Origin: Bigelowiella natans CCMP2755
Lineage: Eukaryota; Protista; Cercozoa
Direction of reading: 5' to 3'
DNA: 64,000 bases
Assembly: GCA_000320545.1 (NCBI GenBank)
Contig: ADNK01003385.1
Span: forward strand, 1-64,000
Part shown: piece after piece, positions 44,014 through 56,913 of the stretch
How positions within the stretch are numbered: position 1 is the first letter of the stretch
Layout: every line of letters begins with the position of its first letter
The notes under the pieces: model-generated
What the model saw: the letters and a program-made list of their open reading frames with translations, nothing else
What the model was told of the DNA's origin: nothing
The model's database searches: none
Position numbers and translations under genes: made by a program

Positions 44014-45641
44014 CATCATGTGGCATGGGTACACTCAAGAATAGCCGATGAGGATGAATTTTGACTTTTTTTTACTCGGTATAGAAGCCCGAACATATAT
44101 ACATACAATCCGATTTATTAGCAGCCATTAAAATTGTCTTCGCTTTACTCATTAATATCACTGCATCGTCGTCCATTTGAAGGCATGCTTCGTGCGGATC
44201 TATTGAAGAAAAATGGCAGTTATCTTCAGCGGTATAATAGTTAGTTCTGTTGTGATAAGGCTACTACTACTACTACTACTACTACTACCACTACTGATGG
44301 TACTACCTCTGTATGTTGTCTATCATTACCAGACATGGGCAAGGCAATAGCAAAAACTGCGAACAAGGTCAATACTAATCTATCATGCATAACCATCATC
44401 ATCATCTTCTTCTTCTTCTTCTTCACTCGTAAGAAATTACGTGGTTGTAGCATATATTAATCAATGTGTCGTATTATAATTCTCTTTGTGCTTGCATGAG
44501 TGATCCAATGCTACATTGATTGGGTTCAATCAACAACTTTTGCAGCAGCATCAGCAGCAAATAATAGCTTGATAATAGCTACTACTCACACACAAATCAA
44601 TCAACTGGGCGAAGTAGTTGCAGCTGATTGTAGTGCTCTTCATCATTTAGCAGCTACGTACGTAGTTAGCATAGATCATCCGTATTAGTCCTCCTCATCA
44701 TGATCATCATCATTATCATCATCATTAAAATGATTATCGTATTATGTGTAAAGTTGTTCTCTCAACCACTCATCCTGGTATTATTCAACACATATTATCA
44801 GAATGTTAAGGTGGTAGTTGTTGCAAATCCAGCCAACACTAACTGCCTCATAACAGCTCTAAATGCTGAGAATATACCCAAGAAGAACTTCTCCGCTCTT
44901 ACCCGGTCATTTTCTGTCGTTTGACGATATTATGCACGTCCACGATAATTATGATGATGATGATGGAGAAGAAGAAATAGAAGACTATGGCTGTTACTAC
45001 TTGCTTTAAAATAAAAGATTATTATCTTTCTACAACGTTGAATGAAGTTAGGAGAGATTGTGGTTGTGGTTGTTTGGGTGAATCATCACAAACAACAACA
45101 GCAAATCTGCTTGTATGTGAGTATGTATGTTTCTGTAATTCTGTACCTATGGTAAGTAGCATGATTTGCACTACGTACATGAACAACAAATCGCTTTTCA
45201 TCACCATTATTAAGATCATCATAAGATCAAGGATGATCCACATGTTACATTATTATTTATTTATCTGCTTTTACACTACAACAACAACAACAGTCTAGAT
45301 TACAATCGAGCCAAAGGGCAGTTGCATGAAAGGTTTAAGTTGACCTCTCCAAATCACATCAAAAACGTCATCATTTGGGGAAATCACTCGAAAACAATGT
45401 AAGGCAAAGAAGTATTGTACTCATGCCCCTTTTCTTCCCCTTTCTCCCACTACTACTGCTATTACTACTACTACTACTTCTGAAGCTACTACTATTATTA
45501 ACACATTCATAATGCTTCGTCATAAATTTCATGTACCAAATTATCGTATATCCCTTTAATGAATAGTAGACCTGCATATGTATCTTCCTCGTAACGACCT
45601 AACCATTAGGAGGGGGAGGAGGAAGAAGAAGAAGAGAGCTT

Positions 45642-45675
<34 letters not shown>

Positions 45676-45875
45676 CACTTAGTGCTGATCGATATTAATG
45701 CCTACTGCTTTTCTAATCATCAGGTTTCCTGACGTAATCGATGCAAAGGTCCTCAGGAATGGCAAATGGGAAGCTGTTAGCAGTGTTTTGAGTGAGGAGG
45801 ATAAGAAATGGCTTGAAAGTAGTTATTGTAGTAGTAAGATGGTGATGATACATTTGTATCTCATAGTAGCAATGG

Positions 45876-45968
<93 letters not shown>

Positions 45969-46001
45969 TGTGTGTCACAGCAGGTGTATCATCATCTATT
46001 G

Positions 46002-46040
<39 letters not shown>

Positions 46041-46615
46041 TTACCACTACTGCTACTACTACTACTGCTGCTGCAAACGATATTCTCCAAATCTTGCAGC
46101 AGCAAGTGGCCATAGTCATCTAATCTTGATAATAGTACCAAAAACGCACATGATCAGACGATTTTATAACTACCGTGCAGCAACGTGGATCATCTGTGAT
46201 AAAGGTGGTAGTTAGTACTTATTCGTATTTATTATTTACGATGATAATGACGATGATGACAATAACAGAGTCATCATATTAGTATTTATCTCTACGAGTT
46301 CAAGGAGTATAGAGGAGGAAGAGTAGTCTAAATGATGATAAACCGTGCAATATGTTGTTTATTGTGCCGCACCAAATAGTGTAGTTATGCGGAAGCTCAC
46401 ACCATATTATACATATGCATATATGTATGTATGTATGCATTGTTATCTCCATTAGGCACGTGGATTGTCATCAGCAATGTCTGCTGCAAATGCAGCTGTT
46501 GATCACATTCATAATCTCTTTCTCGGAACGAAGGAGGGGCACCACGTTGCTATGGCAGTTTGGTCAGATGGAAATCCGTATGGTTAGTTGTCTGCTTCTA
46601 AGTAGTAGAGAGAGA

Positions 46616-46658
<43 letters not shown>

Positions 46659-47287
46659 ATTTGCATAGACAGAAGACACAAAATACATGTTGATACCCAC
46701 ATAATACATATAAATATTTATGTAATTTATCATGAATCACATTTCTCACACACAAATGAATGAATCAATAAAGCAATCAATGGTCTACTCGACAGTCGTC
46801 GTCTCACTTGTTCGGGTGATGCATCTCATTCATTCATAATTAATAATCATAAGGGATTGAAGACGGTATCTTCTATTCTTTTCCAGTCAAGTGCAAGGTT
46901 ACTTATTACTGCTGGGTGATGATGATTATGATGATATTAACAAAATGATGCATTATCACTTCATTTTCTTGTGGTCATTTCTTTCATATGTCAACATCAT
47001 GCGTAGAATGGAGAATGGCAATTTGTTGACGGAATTAAAAATAATACAAGCAGAGGTAGTAGTAGTAAGCAAGTAAATTACTTAACATTAATGCCGTACG
47101 TATACGTAAGTAGCCATAGTAGTATAATAATCATATGATAATCATGATGCTGTTCAGAGGTGGTGGTGGTGGTGGTGGTCTCCTTGAACAATAAATTCAC
47201 AAACAACTAACAGGCAAAGAGCTAATGAAAATCACAGAGCAGGAACTGCTGGAAGAGAAACGAATTGCTCTTGGAAGTACAGAATGA
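42297..47287 (+). CDS. MDH1: NAD-dependent malate dehydrogenase, cytosolic (MDH1) type
   Basis: [11 protein letters not shown]|[29 protein letters not shown]|[17 protein letters not shown]|[38 protein letters not shown]|[20 protein letters not shown]|[37 protein letters not shown]|[28 protein letters not shown]. Confidence 0.95.
43550..43736 (+). repeat. Nested tandem duplications in an MDH intron, including a duplicated splice acceptor + exon start
   Basis: GTTGAATAGAGAATGTTGACC.CTGTCTTATGTTGTGATAATTGTC x2 (43550-43640); CATTATTCACTCATAA..AGATGTTGAGCTGTG(T/C)GTTCTAG x2 (~43643-43681 and ~43695-43736). Confidence 0.8.
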
Positions 47288-48610
47288 TAAGGGGTATCAA
47301 ATACGACATCTGCTGCTGGAATGCTATCAACCAATACAACTTACTTGTAGGATGATATGCCCATCTTGTTCTAGTAAATTGTTGCGTTGCGCATGGCATG
47401 CGCAAGTAGCAGCCACATCTAGCACTTGCTGATCTGCTAGTGGCATTTAGTTGCACAGGCTAGCAACCCAGTCTTGCAATGTCCACCATCACTAGATCGA
47501 CGGTCAGTCTAAGCTGCGCGTGATTGATCTTAGCTGTCGCTCATCGATGCATCGAGATTGCTAGATTGTATTCATTACAACGTGATCTCCAACCATCTCA
47601 ATGCAAGACGGATGGAATCAACAAAATTGAATTTGTTCAATTCTCCGTGCGTACACGTATGTAGCCCGAGCTAGCTATGGTGAAATCATTCAGATGAATG
47701 TCGGCCTAAAAAATTAAGAAATAGTCACTTTTCAGTTTTTGTCAAGCTTTTTTAATGATGTCTGCAGATCGGTACATGCGCTAGCTAGCTAGCATGTGTG
47801 AAGAAGTGCACCAAACCTAGCAGCGCCCCATGCTAGATGCATCTGCTAGCTGCTAGCTGTCATGCATCGATCGTGTGCTTGTGTCATTCATTGTTTTTGC
47901 GATGCACAATAGTATGCATTCTTTTGTTCGTTCTGACACTCGCGAGACCATTTCCAATTGCACATATTAGTACACATAACAATGCAAAACAAAACACTTG
48001 GCAACTGCTGTCGCACATTATTGTTCAAAAATTGCACATTGCTAATTGTGCACACATGCACTTACATGCTCAGTGTACGCGTGCTAGCGTGCTGCGCCAG
48101 CGCGGCCATGTACGTACAAGGCTACATTGCATGCGCACATTCTAGTACTGCTAGCTCTAGAGCTATTGTTCTGCTACGACAGTCTCGTCGATCTAGTCGT
48201 ACGATACAACATGTATGCACATGCTAGCATGGCTAGCTAGCATGATGGGCTTGATGTTTTGTTGTGAACGCCAAAAAGTGAATACTATACTCGACACGTG
48301 ACAAATTAGATAACATGCATGCGCTATTATTGGAGAGCTGCGGCAGGTGAACGTAAACATGGATGATTCATTCAAACGCTTCTTCCGTCCACAAAATAAG
48401 CATCACTCTTCATCTGAATTGCATCGTACGTCATCATGAAGCAACAACCGTGTCCAAGTATGGGGGGAATAGAGACGTTTTATGACTGTGACTTATCTCA
48501 GTTATTCATCAGTACTTGCGCGATTTCTTAAACTACTGGCCAACTGCTATTCGTGCTTGCAGATTAACTACAGTCGATAAGACACAAGTGACTACTCTAA
48601 AATATATCGA

Positions 48611-49554
48611 TTAGAATTGCCAGTCATCTTGTCGACTCTGAGGGCGGGGAGCACCTTGCACGTAAGCTCCTTCAGGTCCTGTGACATGTTCCGCTCTCAA
48701 CTTTCCATCGTCTGTTTCCTTGATAAAGAACTCTACCGGCTAATTATTATCAATCAAACAATCAACGTTGATACAATAGATGGCAACGATATAAGAACAG
48801 TGCTGTCTCCTCACGATTCGTTATTATTTCAGAGATTTCCACATAGAACAACACAAACCATCAGAGTGAGTGACCATTACGATACCCCACCCTCTCGCTC
48901 TCCTGTTACGATTACCTCTCCATCAGCGAGGTTGCGGAAGCCAGGAGCATGGACTTGAGTCTAATGAGAGGCACATCGCCGCAAGTTAGACTTGTATGGA
49001 AGTTGCACATGTAGAACTAACTACAGTACTGTATAAAGAAAATAAAATGAATGGAGATACAGGTTCTAAATGTACCATTTGATCAACAATATAAGACAAA
49101 CTAGAACATGTGTGTCACTACAATTTCTGGTACATGTATAATTATGTATACAATTAATAGGACATGCTTCAATTATATTATGTAGCTGATATATGTGCTA
49201 CGTGCTAGTAGTTGTTTGTAGAACACACTCCGACTAAGCATGTTAATTAAATGGCTTCATCGAATAAGTGCACACATGCTATTCCATTACTTGATGAACA
49301 AAAATATCAGGGGAGCCGTCTTCAGGCGTAATGAATCCAAATCCCTTCCTCGAATCAAACCATTTCACGTTGCCCTTCAATCTTTCCTGCTCGGATGCTG
49401 CGGTTTCCTCCGTGCACAAAGCACGGCGAAACATTGAGGTTGAGGATAAGTTCAAGAGTGTAGAGGTCTTAATGACGCCCCTATTTTGTTTTAAGACACT
49501 TTTTGTGCACATTGAAAAGAAGGGTCTGCGAAGACTACGTGCTATGAAACTCAT
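48611..49554 (-). CDS. Cold-shock domain protein with mitochondrial-type presequence (3 exons)
   Basis: [14 protein letters not shown]... leader; [30 protein letters not shown]|[15 protein letters not shown]|[32 protein letters not shown]...WQF*. RNP1/RNP2 motifs are present. Confidence 0.92.
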
Positions 49555-50081
49555 ATTGATGATTGTGAAGGTAGGGGGGAGTCTTGAGTAGTGTGCCGTG
49601 GCGCAGTTCTCCTACCGAGCGAAATAATTTTTTTGGTTTCATGTCGTTGTCAGTATTAGGACTGCATTTTCTACCTTACAGTCACTACCCGGAAAACCGG
49701 TAAATTAAACTACCTGCCTGGTAATCCCGGGTACTTTAGGTGCTCTATCTGGTAGTGCCATTCACGCCTTTAATCACCTTCAATTATAGTCTTGCGACTT
49801 CAAAAATGCTTGCAGAAAGCTTGTCGTTTTATGCTGTATCCCCTGCGATTCTGTACAAAATGGCGGGAAAATGTTTGTACTACATGTTCGCACATACTCG
49901 TACTACACCATGGTGTTGTTGCTCATCAAAGCCTAATGATAATCACAATGGGTGATGCTGCCCAATGGCGATAATAATATCATTGGATTAAAGTACCTAC
50001 CTACCAGCTGAGGAGAACTTGAGATTTTGTTTCGAAAATATTACTGCGTGAAAATTGACGAAGGAGTAGAACAGTACGTAG

Positions 50082-52230
50082 ATTGAGGGAGAAAGCTGGA
50101 GATTAATTGAATTCTTGGAAACTAGTAAAGAGAAGCTACAGCACCAAGTAACTAATCTGAATGATGATATACGTAATTACATGCAGGAAGCTAGAAATAC
50201 AAGGGCGAATGTAAGCAGCGGCTGTGGCTTAAGTATGTGTTCACAGGTTTCAATGCAAAATAAAATTCAACCGAGGGACGAAGATAACGAGAACGATCCT
50301 GACTTTTCTGGCGATAAGAATGCCAAAATGGAGAAAGAAAGTTCCACCGAGAATTTCAAGTTGCTCACCAGACGTACGCCCAACTAATTATCAATTGTTC
50401 GAATAACTATATAGTCTCCTCTATAGTGGTTAGGGATGAAATGCACATGTTGGACGAGCAAATTGCCGAGCATGCGATTGCGGCCCATCAACGTTTTGAA
50501 GCAGAAACGACAAGGGAAAGGCTCAAACAGAGAATCGTGAAACTAAAATCCGATTTACAATTTCAAAAGGTAGTTATCATTAGTGTCTAACATATTAGGA
50601 ACTGTAGATGAAAGCATCCGTTAAGATATCCATCTACACAGGAATCACAGAGAGTTGAAATTCAAGTGTATGAAGATAAGCTTCGATTTATGACGAAGAA
50701 GTATCAAAGAAAACTTCTTCAAGAGAACGAACGTACTTCCAAGGTGGATAAGATATCAAATATGGGTGAGTGTATCACTTTTAGTATTGTCTGCAATATG
50801 TGGTAGGAACGAGATGCGAAACTTCGAGTCAGAGACTTGATTATTCATCAGTTGGAGAAAGAAATAGCGTTGATAAATTCAAAAAGGAAGACATGCAGAG
50901 ATGCAAATAATCAACGCTTAATTCAGATAAATAGGATAAACAAAATGCGGATAAATGACCGATACAAAATTCAAAAACAAAAAACGATTCAACTAGCCAG
51001 ATTTCTCAGCTCCAATTTGGAACAGGTTTGTTTCACGGCCAGATTGCAAATAAAATTCATTTTGACAGATTGTTAATGTTAAGGAGGTAAAACGGCAAAA
51101 ACGACTTTGCAATGAGCACTACATGATTGCAGCCTATCGACATAAAAAGACAGAAACAGGTGAGTAAGCTATATATTATACACACGTTTCATCCATCATC
51201 AAGGGGTCTTCTCTTCATAACACTAACTTGCAGACTTGCAAAACTCTCATGAAAGGATGATGAAATCTTCCAATCAAGATCAGAGAGATATGTAAGTAAT
51301 TTATTCACTGCAATTTTTGATCAACTTAATTTGATGATATCGATGCACGCAGGATTGGACCCAAGATAACAATGATCCAGACACTACACGACGAATGGAG
51401 GACTCTATCAACGATCGTAAGACGCTAAAATTCGCAAAAAAAAATTGTAATATTCTTCCAATGCCTGATTTACACCTATTTAGATTTCCAATGTGTAATT
51501 ACAATGCGGCAGTTTATAGAAGTCCTTTATCCCTTCTGTTTATATTGCTAAAAAGGTCAGGAAATCTGCTGAGCGCAAAAATTTCCTAATTGCAGAGCAT
51601 AATGCGCTGAATGACAGCATTCGGTTGGTTTTGTCTTTCTCGGAATTTTTCATTAATGCTGACTCTTCTTTCTCCCCCCAAAGTGCATTGGAATCTGAAA
51701 AGAGGGAACTCCAAAATCAGCTTGTGGACTCGAACAGTACACGGAAAGAGCTAAGGAGCTCGAAAGCAAGAGGATTGGTAACATTCCGAACATCATGGTT
51801 TGCATCAAGACATTACAATTTTATGCCAATGTACATTATCAGGTTTCTGAGGATACAATTCGCATTCTACGGTGGAAACACTCACAAACTAAGTTAGCTA
51901 TTGAAAGGGCAGAGATTCGCCGAGACAAATTGTTACGAAATATTAGAGCTTTGATGGAGCAGGTATTTATGATTATTTGCTTTGAGTGTCACTGGTGTCT
52001 TTTCATGTGTCATGTCTGTAATTTGCAGGTAAGAATAAAAAGGGAACGGACATCGGAAAAACTAATGCATCAACTGAGCAATGTTAATAAGGGAATCCAG
52101 GTCACCCGCTGACATTACTCATTGGCTAGTTCGTTTTTAATGACAGACGATCACGAGCACTGATATTATGTATAAAAGAGATAGCAAGGCAACATTGCAT
52201 TACATAGCGAACCAACAAACACATTTTTAA
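50082..52230 (+). CDS. Hypothetical coiled-coil protein, many short (~55-100 nt) introns; start unresolved
   Basis: A series of E/K/R/Q/L-rich exons with GT-AG borders: ETSKEKLQHQVTNLNDDIRNYMQEAR, ERLKQRIVKLKSDLQFQK, ESQRVEIQVYEDKLR, LIIHQLEKEIALIN, ALESEKRELQNQLVDS, VSEDTIRILRWKH..RALMEQ; probable stop at 52230. Confidence 0.55.
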
Positions 52231-52644
52231 GCACTCGACCCGGCGCTAGCAGGATGCATGCCCATACCTAGATACTGCTGCTAGCCTCGCAGCGTGGCGG
52301 GCATCGCACATCATGGAATGGCTAGCTGGTTTCGATCAATGTGGGGTGGCGAATTGAAAAATTGCTCAGCACCATAGATCGATTGCTTTCATTGCTAGCT
52401 AGTACGTACACATCTGCCGTGCTAGCCTGCTAGCACGTAGAGTGGCCGCTGCAGTCACATTTCGTGCTAGATCGATGTGTGTGTGAACAACATGGGCGCG
52501 CATGTGCGCGCTAGCATGCTTTGTTTGAGCCATGGCTAGGCACAGAGCGCACTCTACACATGGACACACATGTCCCTATTGGCTAGCTATGGCTAGCTAC
52601 AACACGTAGCGCGCATCGCAGACATGCAAGCCGATGCACATCTA

Positions 52645-53386
52645 GACGCACAATGTGCATCGTGTGCGGCCTTGATCGACATGCAAGTCTCACATGTGGC
52701 GCTCAGTTTGCACGCCACGGCCGGACAGGCAGAGCGACGTCCATTGTGTGCGTGACCCGCGACACACGACGTCCTGGGACGCCTCGCGGCACGTGTGACG
52801 CACGTGCCAGCACGGAAAGTTCTGAGAACGTGCAGTTCGCTGCTCTTGTGTTCTTGGAAAGTTCCTTCGTTCTTCCTCGGACTGGCCGCACTCTCGGACA
52901 AGTCCAGGAACTGTCACAGAACGTTCTGCACGACACAGTGTTCGTGCAGCACGACAAAGGCGTCGGAACGACGCACAGTGAAAACAACGCATGATTGCAT
53001 TGCAGGTGCAAGCTTTCTCGGAGCCGCACGCGCAACTTGAGCCTGCTTGCATGCAAACACAACTCAAAAGACACAACTCAAAAGGCAACAACAACTCAAA
53101 TGAACACCACAGCAACAGTCAAGTTTCATCAACGCTTTCATGAACCACGCTCAACCGCCTCTTGTTGACGCAGCAGCGATGCATGCGTGCACCCCAATGC
53201 CCGATTTCAGATTCAGCGCAGGACGACAAAATCGTGGATCGCTGTCTCGACAGGCCCGGTGCAAAGCAGGCACGGGAACCTCCCGTCGGCAGGGCCACGT
53301 CTCTCAACTCGTCAGCTGAGAGCAAATGCGTGCTCGGGACATCCCCATTGGCACACGCCGCTGACGAGGGCGATGTGCACTCCAGC
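52645..53386. other. TpA-free island (probable degenerate repeat/TE relic) in a convergent intergenic spacer
   Basis: No TA dinucleotide between the CTAG at 52642-52645 and the CTAG at 53386-53389. Many overlapping Tyr-free, Cys/His/Arg-rich spurious ORFs. Confidence 0.85.
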
Positions 53387-53733
53387 TAGAGTGAGCGCGA
53401 CACATAGCCGCCTGAGTCTCATGAGGAGTGGCACATCGCCCCGCATTCAACGCGTGTGCACATGTCAGTCTCTCAAGCATAGCTAGATGTATGTCTAGTG
53501 TGTAGCTTGACGTGTAGCTATTCATGATGCATGCATGTGCGCTACATGCATGTACCAATCCGTGCATTCATGCTGCCTTCCATGCCAACTTAGCGAAACT
53601 TATCTAGAAATAGATTGTGCGCTTGTACACTTGTAAGATCACTCGACATGTGAAGACTTCAATTCTCGCATTCATCTCTCATTTTCTTTGATGTAGATAT
53701 TTTTATTTTTGTGCAACACCATGTGCAACCAGC

Positions 53734-55277
53734 TTATGCAGTCGATAACAATATTGATGGCTCCCTTAGAGAATACAACACCCAGTCAGAATGAAGAATA
53801 TCTTGAATCGAAGCACGATTGAGGGGATCTTCGGCAAGCATTTTTGCTAACAAGTTCAAAGCTGCGTCGGATATCTTTATCCCCCATCTACGAAGCAAAC
53901 CGGAGAGATTCCGCTTACCTCCGGTAACTAGTACAAAACGACGGTCGGATTTTTGAGGATACTGGTGGGGAAGTACCCCGGTAATGCTCAAAAACATCAC
54001 AATTCCGAGAGAAAATACATCTGCTGGTGCACCCGCAAATTTTCCAGGAGAGTGACTTTTTCGAGACGAGGATACCTCATTCAATACTGCAGCTGCATTG
54101 CTGCTACCACGACGTCGTCTATCTCCCTTGGTCGCGTATGCCTCCGGAGCCATATAGTTAGCTTTTCCCGTTGAATGTGTTCTATGTACGATTCCGTCTA
54201 CATCCATTCTTTTTGCAAGCCCAAAATCGCATAGCTTAGCCTCCCACTTTCGCGTGAGTAAAATATTTTCTGGAGAGACATCTAAATGTGCGTATCCATT
54301 GTCATGGCAGAATTGTAGCCCACGTGCAGTTTGCTCGATAATGCGGGCAGCATCTGCTTCAGAAAGACGACCATTGGGACTGTTAGTGATATGATCAAGC
54401 AATTCGCCTCGATGAGCAAATTCCATCACTGTGAATAGCTTATGTGAGTCCTCGCCAGAATGGTAGAATCGAATTACGTTTGGGTGCCAGTGATCGCTGC
54501 TTTCGGTGAGGGTTTGCTCCGAGTTTGAGCGAATGATGTTGCTGCTGCTGCTGGCAGTGGTGGTGTGACTTGAGGAAAGTGAGGCTGCAGTCGAAGTAGT
54601 AGCACAAAAATTACTGCTACTCTTCACAGTGGTGGCGAGGGAAGCAACATCAACTGTCGACTCAGAAAAATTTATGGTTGAAAATCTTGGCAGGATGGAA
54701 TCGATTGAACCTTTACTATCCACCGATGAGGCAGAGGAAAATGATGCATTTGAGGGATCGCGGCTAAGGTTAGACGCAAACTCTCGGAATATTTGAACTT
54801 CAGTTGAAGGGTCTTCTCCATCAGAAATAACTGTTTTTATAAAATGTAAGATTATAATCTTCTTCAATTTTAGAGTTACTCCAACTTTAGAGAATATTAA
54901 TTAAAGTAGAACTCAAGAGTCACCCACGTTGTCTGTCCTTGTACGAGAATTTGATAGCCACACGGCGATTATACTTTTTGTCAATCGCACAAGCGATCTC
55001 ACCGAAAAGCGTCTGCCTCAGGGAGAATTGATATGAATATCTTTCAGGAAGCATTCTACGACGGACACGTCCTGCAGTTCTGCTGCCGTGCTCATCCTAC
55101 ACGTAGATTAAGAACATCAACTATTTAAAATGAATATGAAATGTTGCAAGAAGTCCAAAAGTAACATGTTCAACTTCTTTTCTAGAGTCATTTTGGGAAT
55201 ATGAACACCATAGCTCTGCAGCATGCGAAGATCGAAGGTACGTGACGACGCTTAGGTGAAGATTTGCTCATCTTCAT
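53734..55277 (-). CDS. Ser/Thr protein kinase (CAMK-like, HLDVSPEN catalytic loop), 3 exons
   Basis: MKMSKSSPKRRH|DEHG...LRQTLFGEIACAIDKKYNRRVAIKFS..|LISDGEDPSTEVQIF, Ser-rich insert, HPNVIRFY, VMEFAHRGELLD, AHLDVSPENILL, KLCDFGLA, GKANYMAPE, ADVFSLG, MLAEDPLNRASIQDILHSDW. Confidence 0.9.
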
Positions 55278-56619
55278 TCCTTCTGCCCCTTTACTGTTGG
55301 AGTTTAAGGAGGCGGGGTCAGTGCTTTCTGGGGGTCACAATCGTGCTGGTGCGTCAAACCCTTATTCGACTCAAGTTTAAGAGTTTTCGTAGAATTTCGT
55401 CTGCATATATTACCAGAAATTCTACATATCTGTAAGGAAAGTTGCCTGCTTAGGAATAAATTATAGGATAGCTTTAATTTTTTAGTGAAAGCCTAGTATC
55501 ATTATATATCTTAAACTATATATTGGAAATGGCATGGATTTCAGCTGCAATTTTGTGTGGACCTGGAAGGGAACTGGCTGCGTTTCCAGTCCATTGTTTT
55601 TGGAAGTATTTTTTTTCGTTCTACTTATTTACGGTGAAATTATATATTAATTCCGTTCATTTCATTGTCGATGTACCTTAAATAAAGCATATTTATCATA
55701 ATACAGCTTTTGTTTGTTTCCACTTTAGGATTACTAGATCTATGAAACACTTCTCTTAGATCTACATGCCGTTTCAGGATTTAGAAATTCGATTTTTATT
55801 ACTATGTGTGTTCCCAAACCCTCCATTTATTCAATAAGATACACTCGACATAGGGTAAAATAATAGATCTAATTATAAAAATTAGGAAATAAATTTCAAT
55901 ATTCGAAAATCCTGTAGCTGAATACGTAATCATGATTCTTGGCGACGCAATCAGAGGAAATTTACGTGATTTTAGTTTCCTTTGAGCACGAAAGCACAAA
56001 AGCACGAAACCACTCAGTCAGGCGCAGGCACTACGACAACCTACTAGATCTTCACAAGAGACGAACGCTGATTGATCTTTTTCTTCTTGTCATATTTCCT
56101 GATGTAGTTTTGCCCCATATTCTACACTTACTACTGCACACATCCGCTATATGTGACATCATCCACAGCACAAAAAAAATCGTGAAAAATTGGATATTAG
56201 GTAGGCGGGTTGTTGTTGTTGTTGTTGTTGTTATTGTTGTTGTTGTTAGTTGATTCTAGTCGCATCCTAGCTGTGTGCATTCACCGAAGTAAATTATGAC
56301 AAAACTAAGGTCATTTTTAAAATAAAATGACAGACACTGACGATAATTTTAAAAGCGACCTTTAGAGAAGCGAGAGCCTTTCTTAGTGTATTTCCTTTAA
56401 AAATTATCTTGAACATTAGATCTAGGGTTAAATAGAAAATGTACATGTAACAACACACTTAATCCCACAACTACTACTCTACTTCTCATCTAGACCAAAT
56501 TTCATTGTAAAAACCTCCGTAGTTGGATGAGTTTCTACAAGTCTCGTACCCTTTGGTAGCTTTTTAATTTTGTTAGATCTAGCTCAAATTGTTGCCCAAA
56601 TTTTTAAACTTTCGCAGTT

Positions 56620-56683
56620 ATGAGACAAGATTCACTGTAGGAACAATAATCACTTCAGCGAATAAAATGTAACGTAGCTGGGC

Positions 56684-56718
<35 letters not shown>

Positions 56719-56913
56719 AAACAACAAAAAGATTAACTAACTAACTAACTAACTAACAACAACAACAACAACATGTTTTGCCATGCAAATTTTGACTTCC
56801 GCAATGTCCTTTATGAGACAACATCCACTATGAAAATCACTTCGGTGTAACAACATAGCTGGGAAGTCAAGGGCGCGAAAAGATTAACTAACTAACTAAC
56901 AACAACAACAACA
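56620..56913 (+). repeat. Diverged tandem duplication immediately upstream of MetAP
   Basis: TATGAGACAA.AT.CACT...AATCACTTC.G.G...TGTAAC..TAGCTGGG...AAAAGATTAACTAACTAAC(TAAC)n(AAC)n occurs at ~56620-56773 and ~56812-56913. Confidence 0.65.

Larger units (their letters stand above)
11640..47180. repeat. Dense microsatellites ((CAT)n, (TAG)n, (GAG)n, (GAA)n, (GA)n, (CA)n, (TA)n, (CAA)n) filling introns of the carrier, MFS, serS, TAT and MDH genes
   Basis: Directly visible, for example the (CAT/CAC)n tract at 43883-44018. These tracts generate most of the homopolymeric ORFs in the ORF track. Confidence 0.95.

Noticed and set aside
449-47200. Numerous poly-D/H/M/S/L/RE/CV ORFs in the ORF track
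   Set aside because: They are translations of intronic microsatellites, not proteins.
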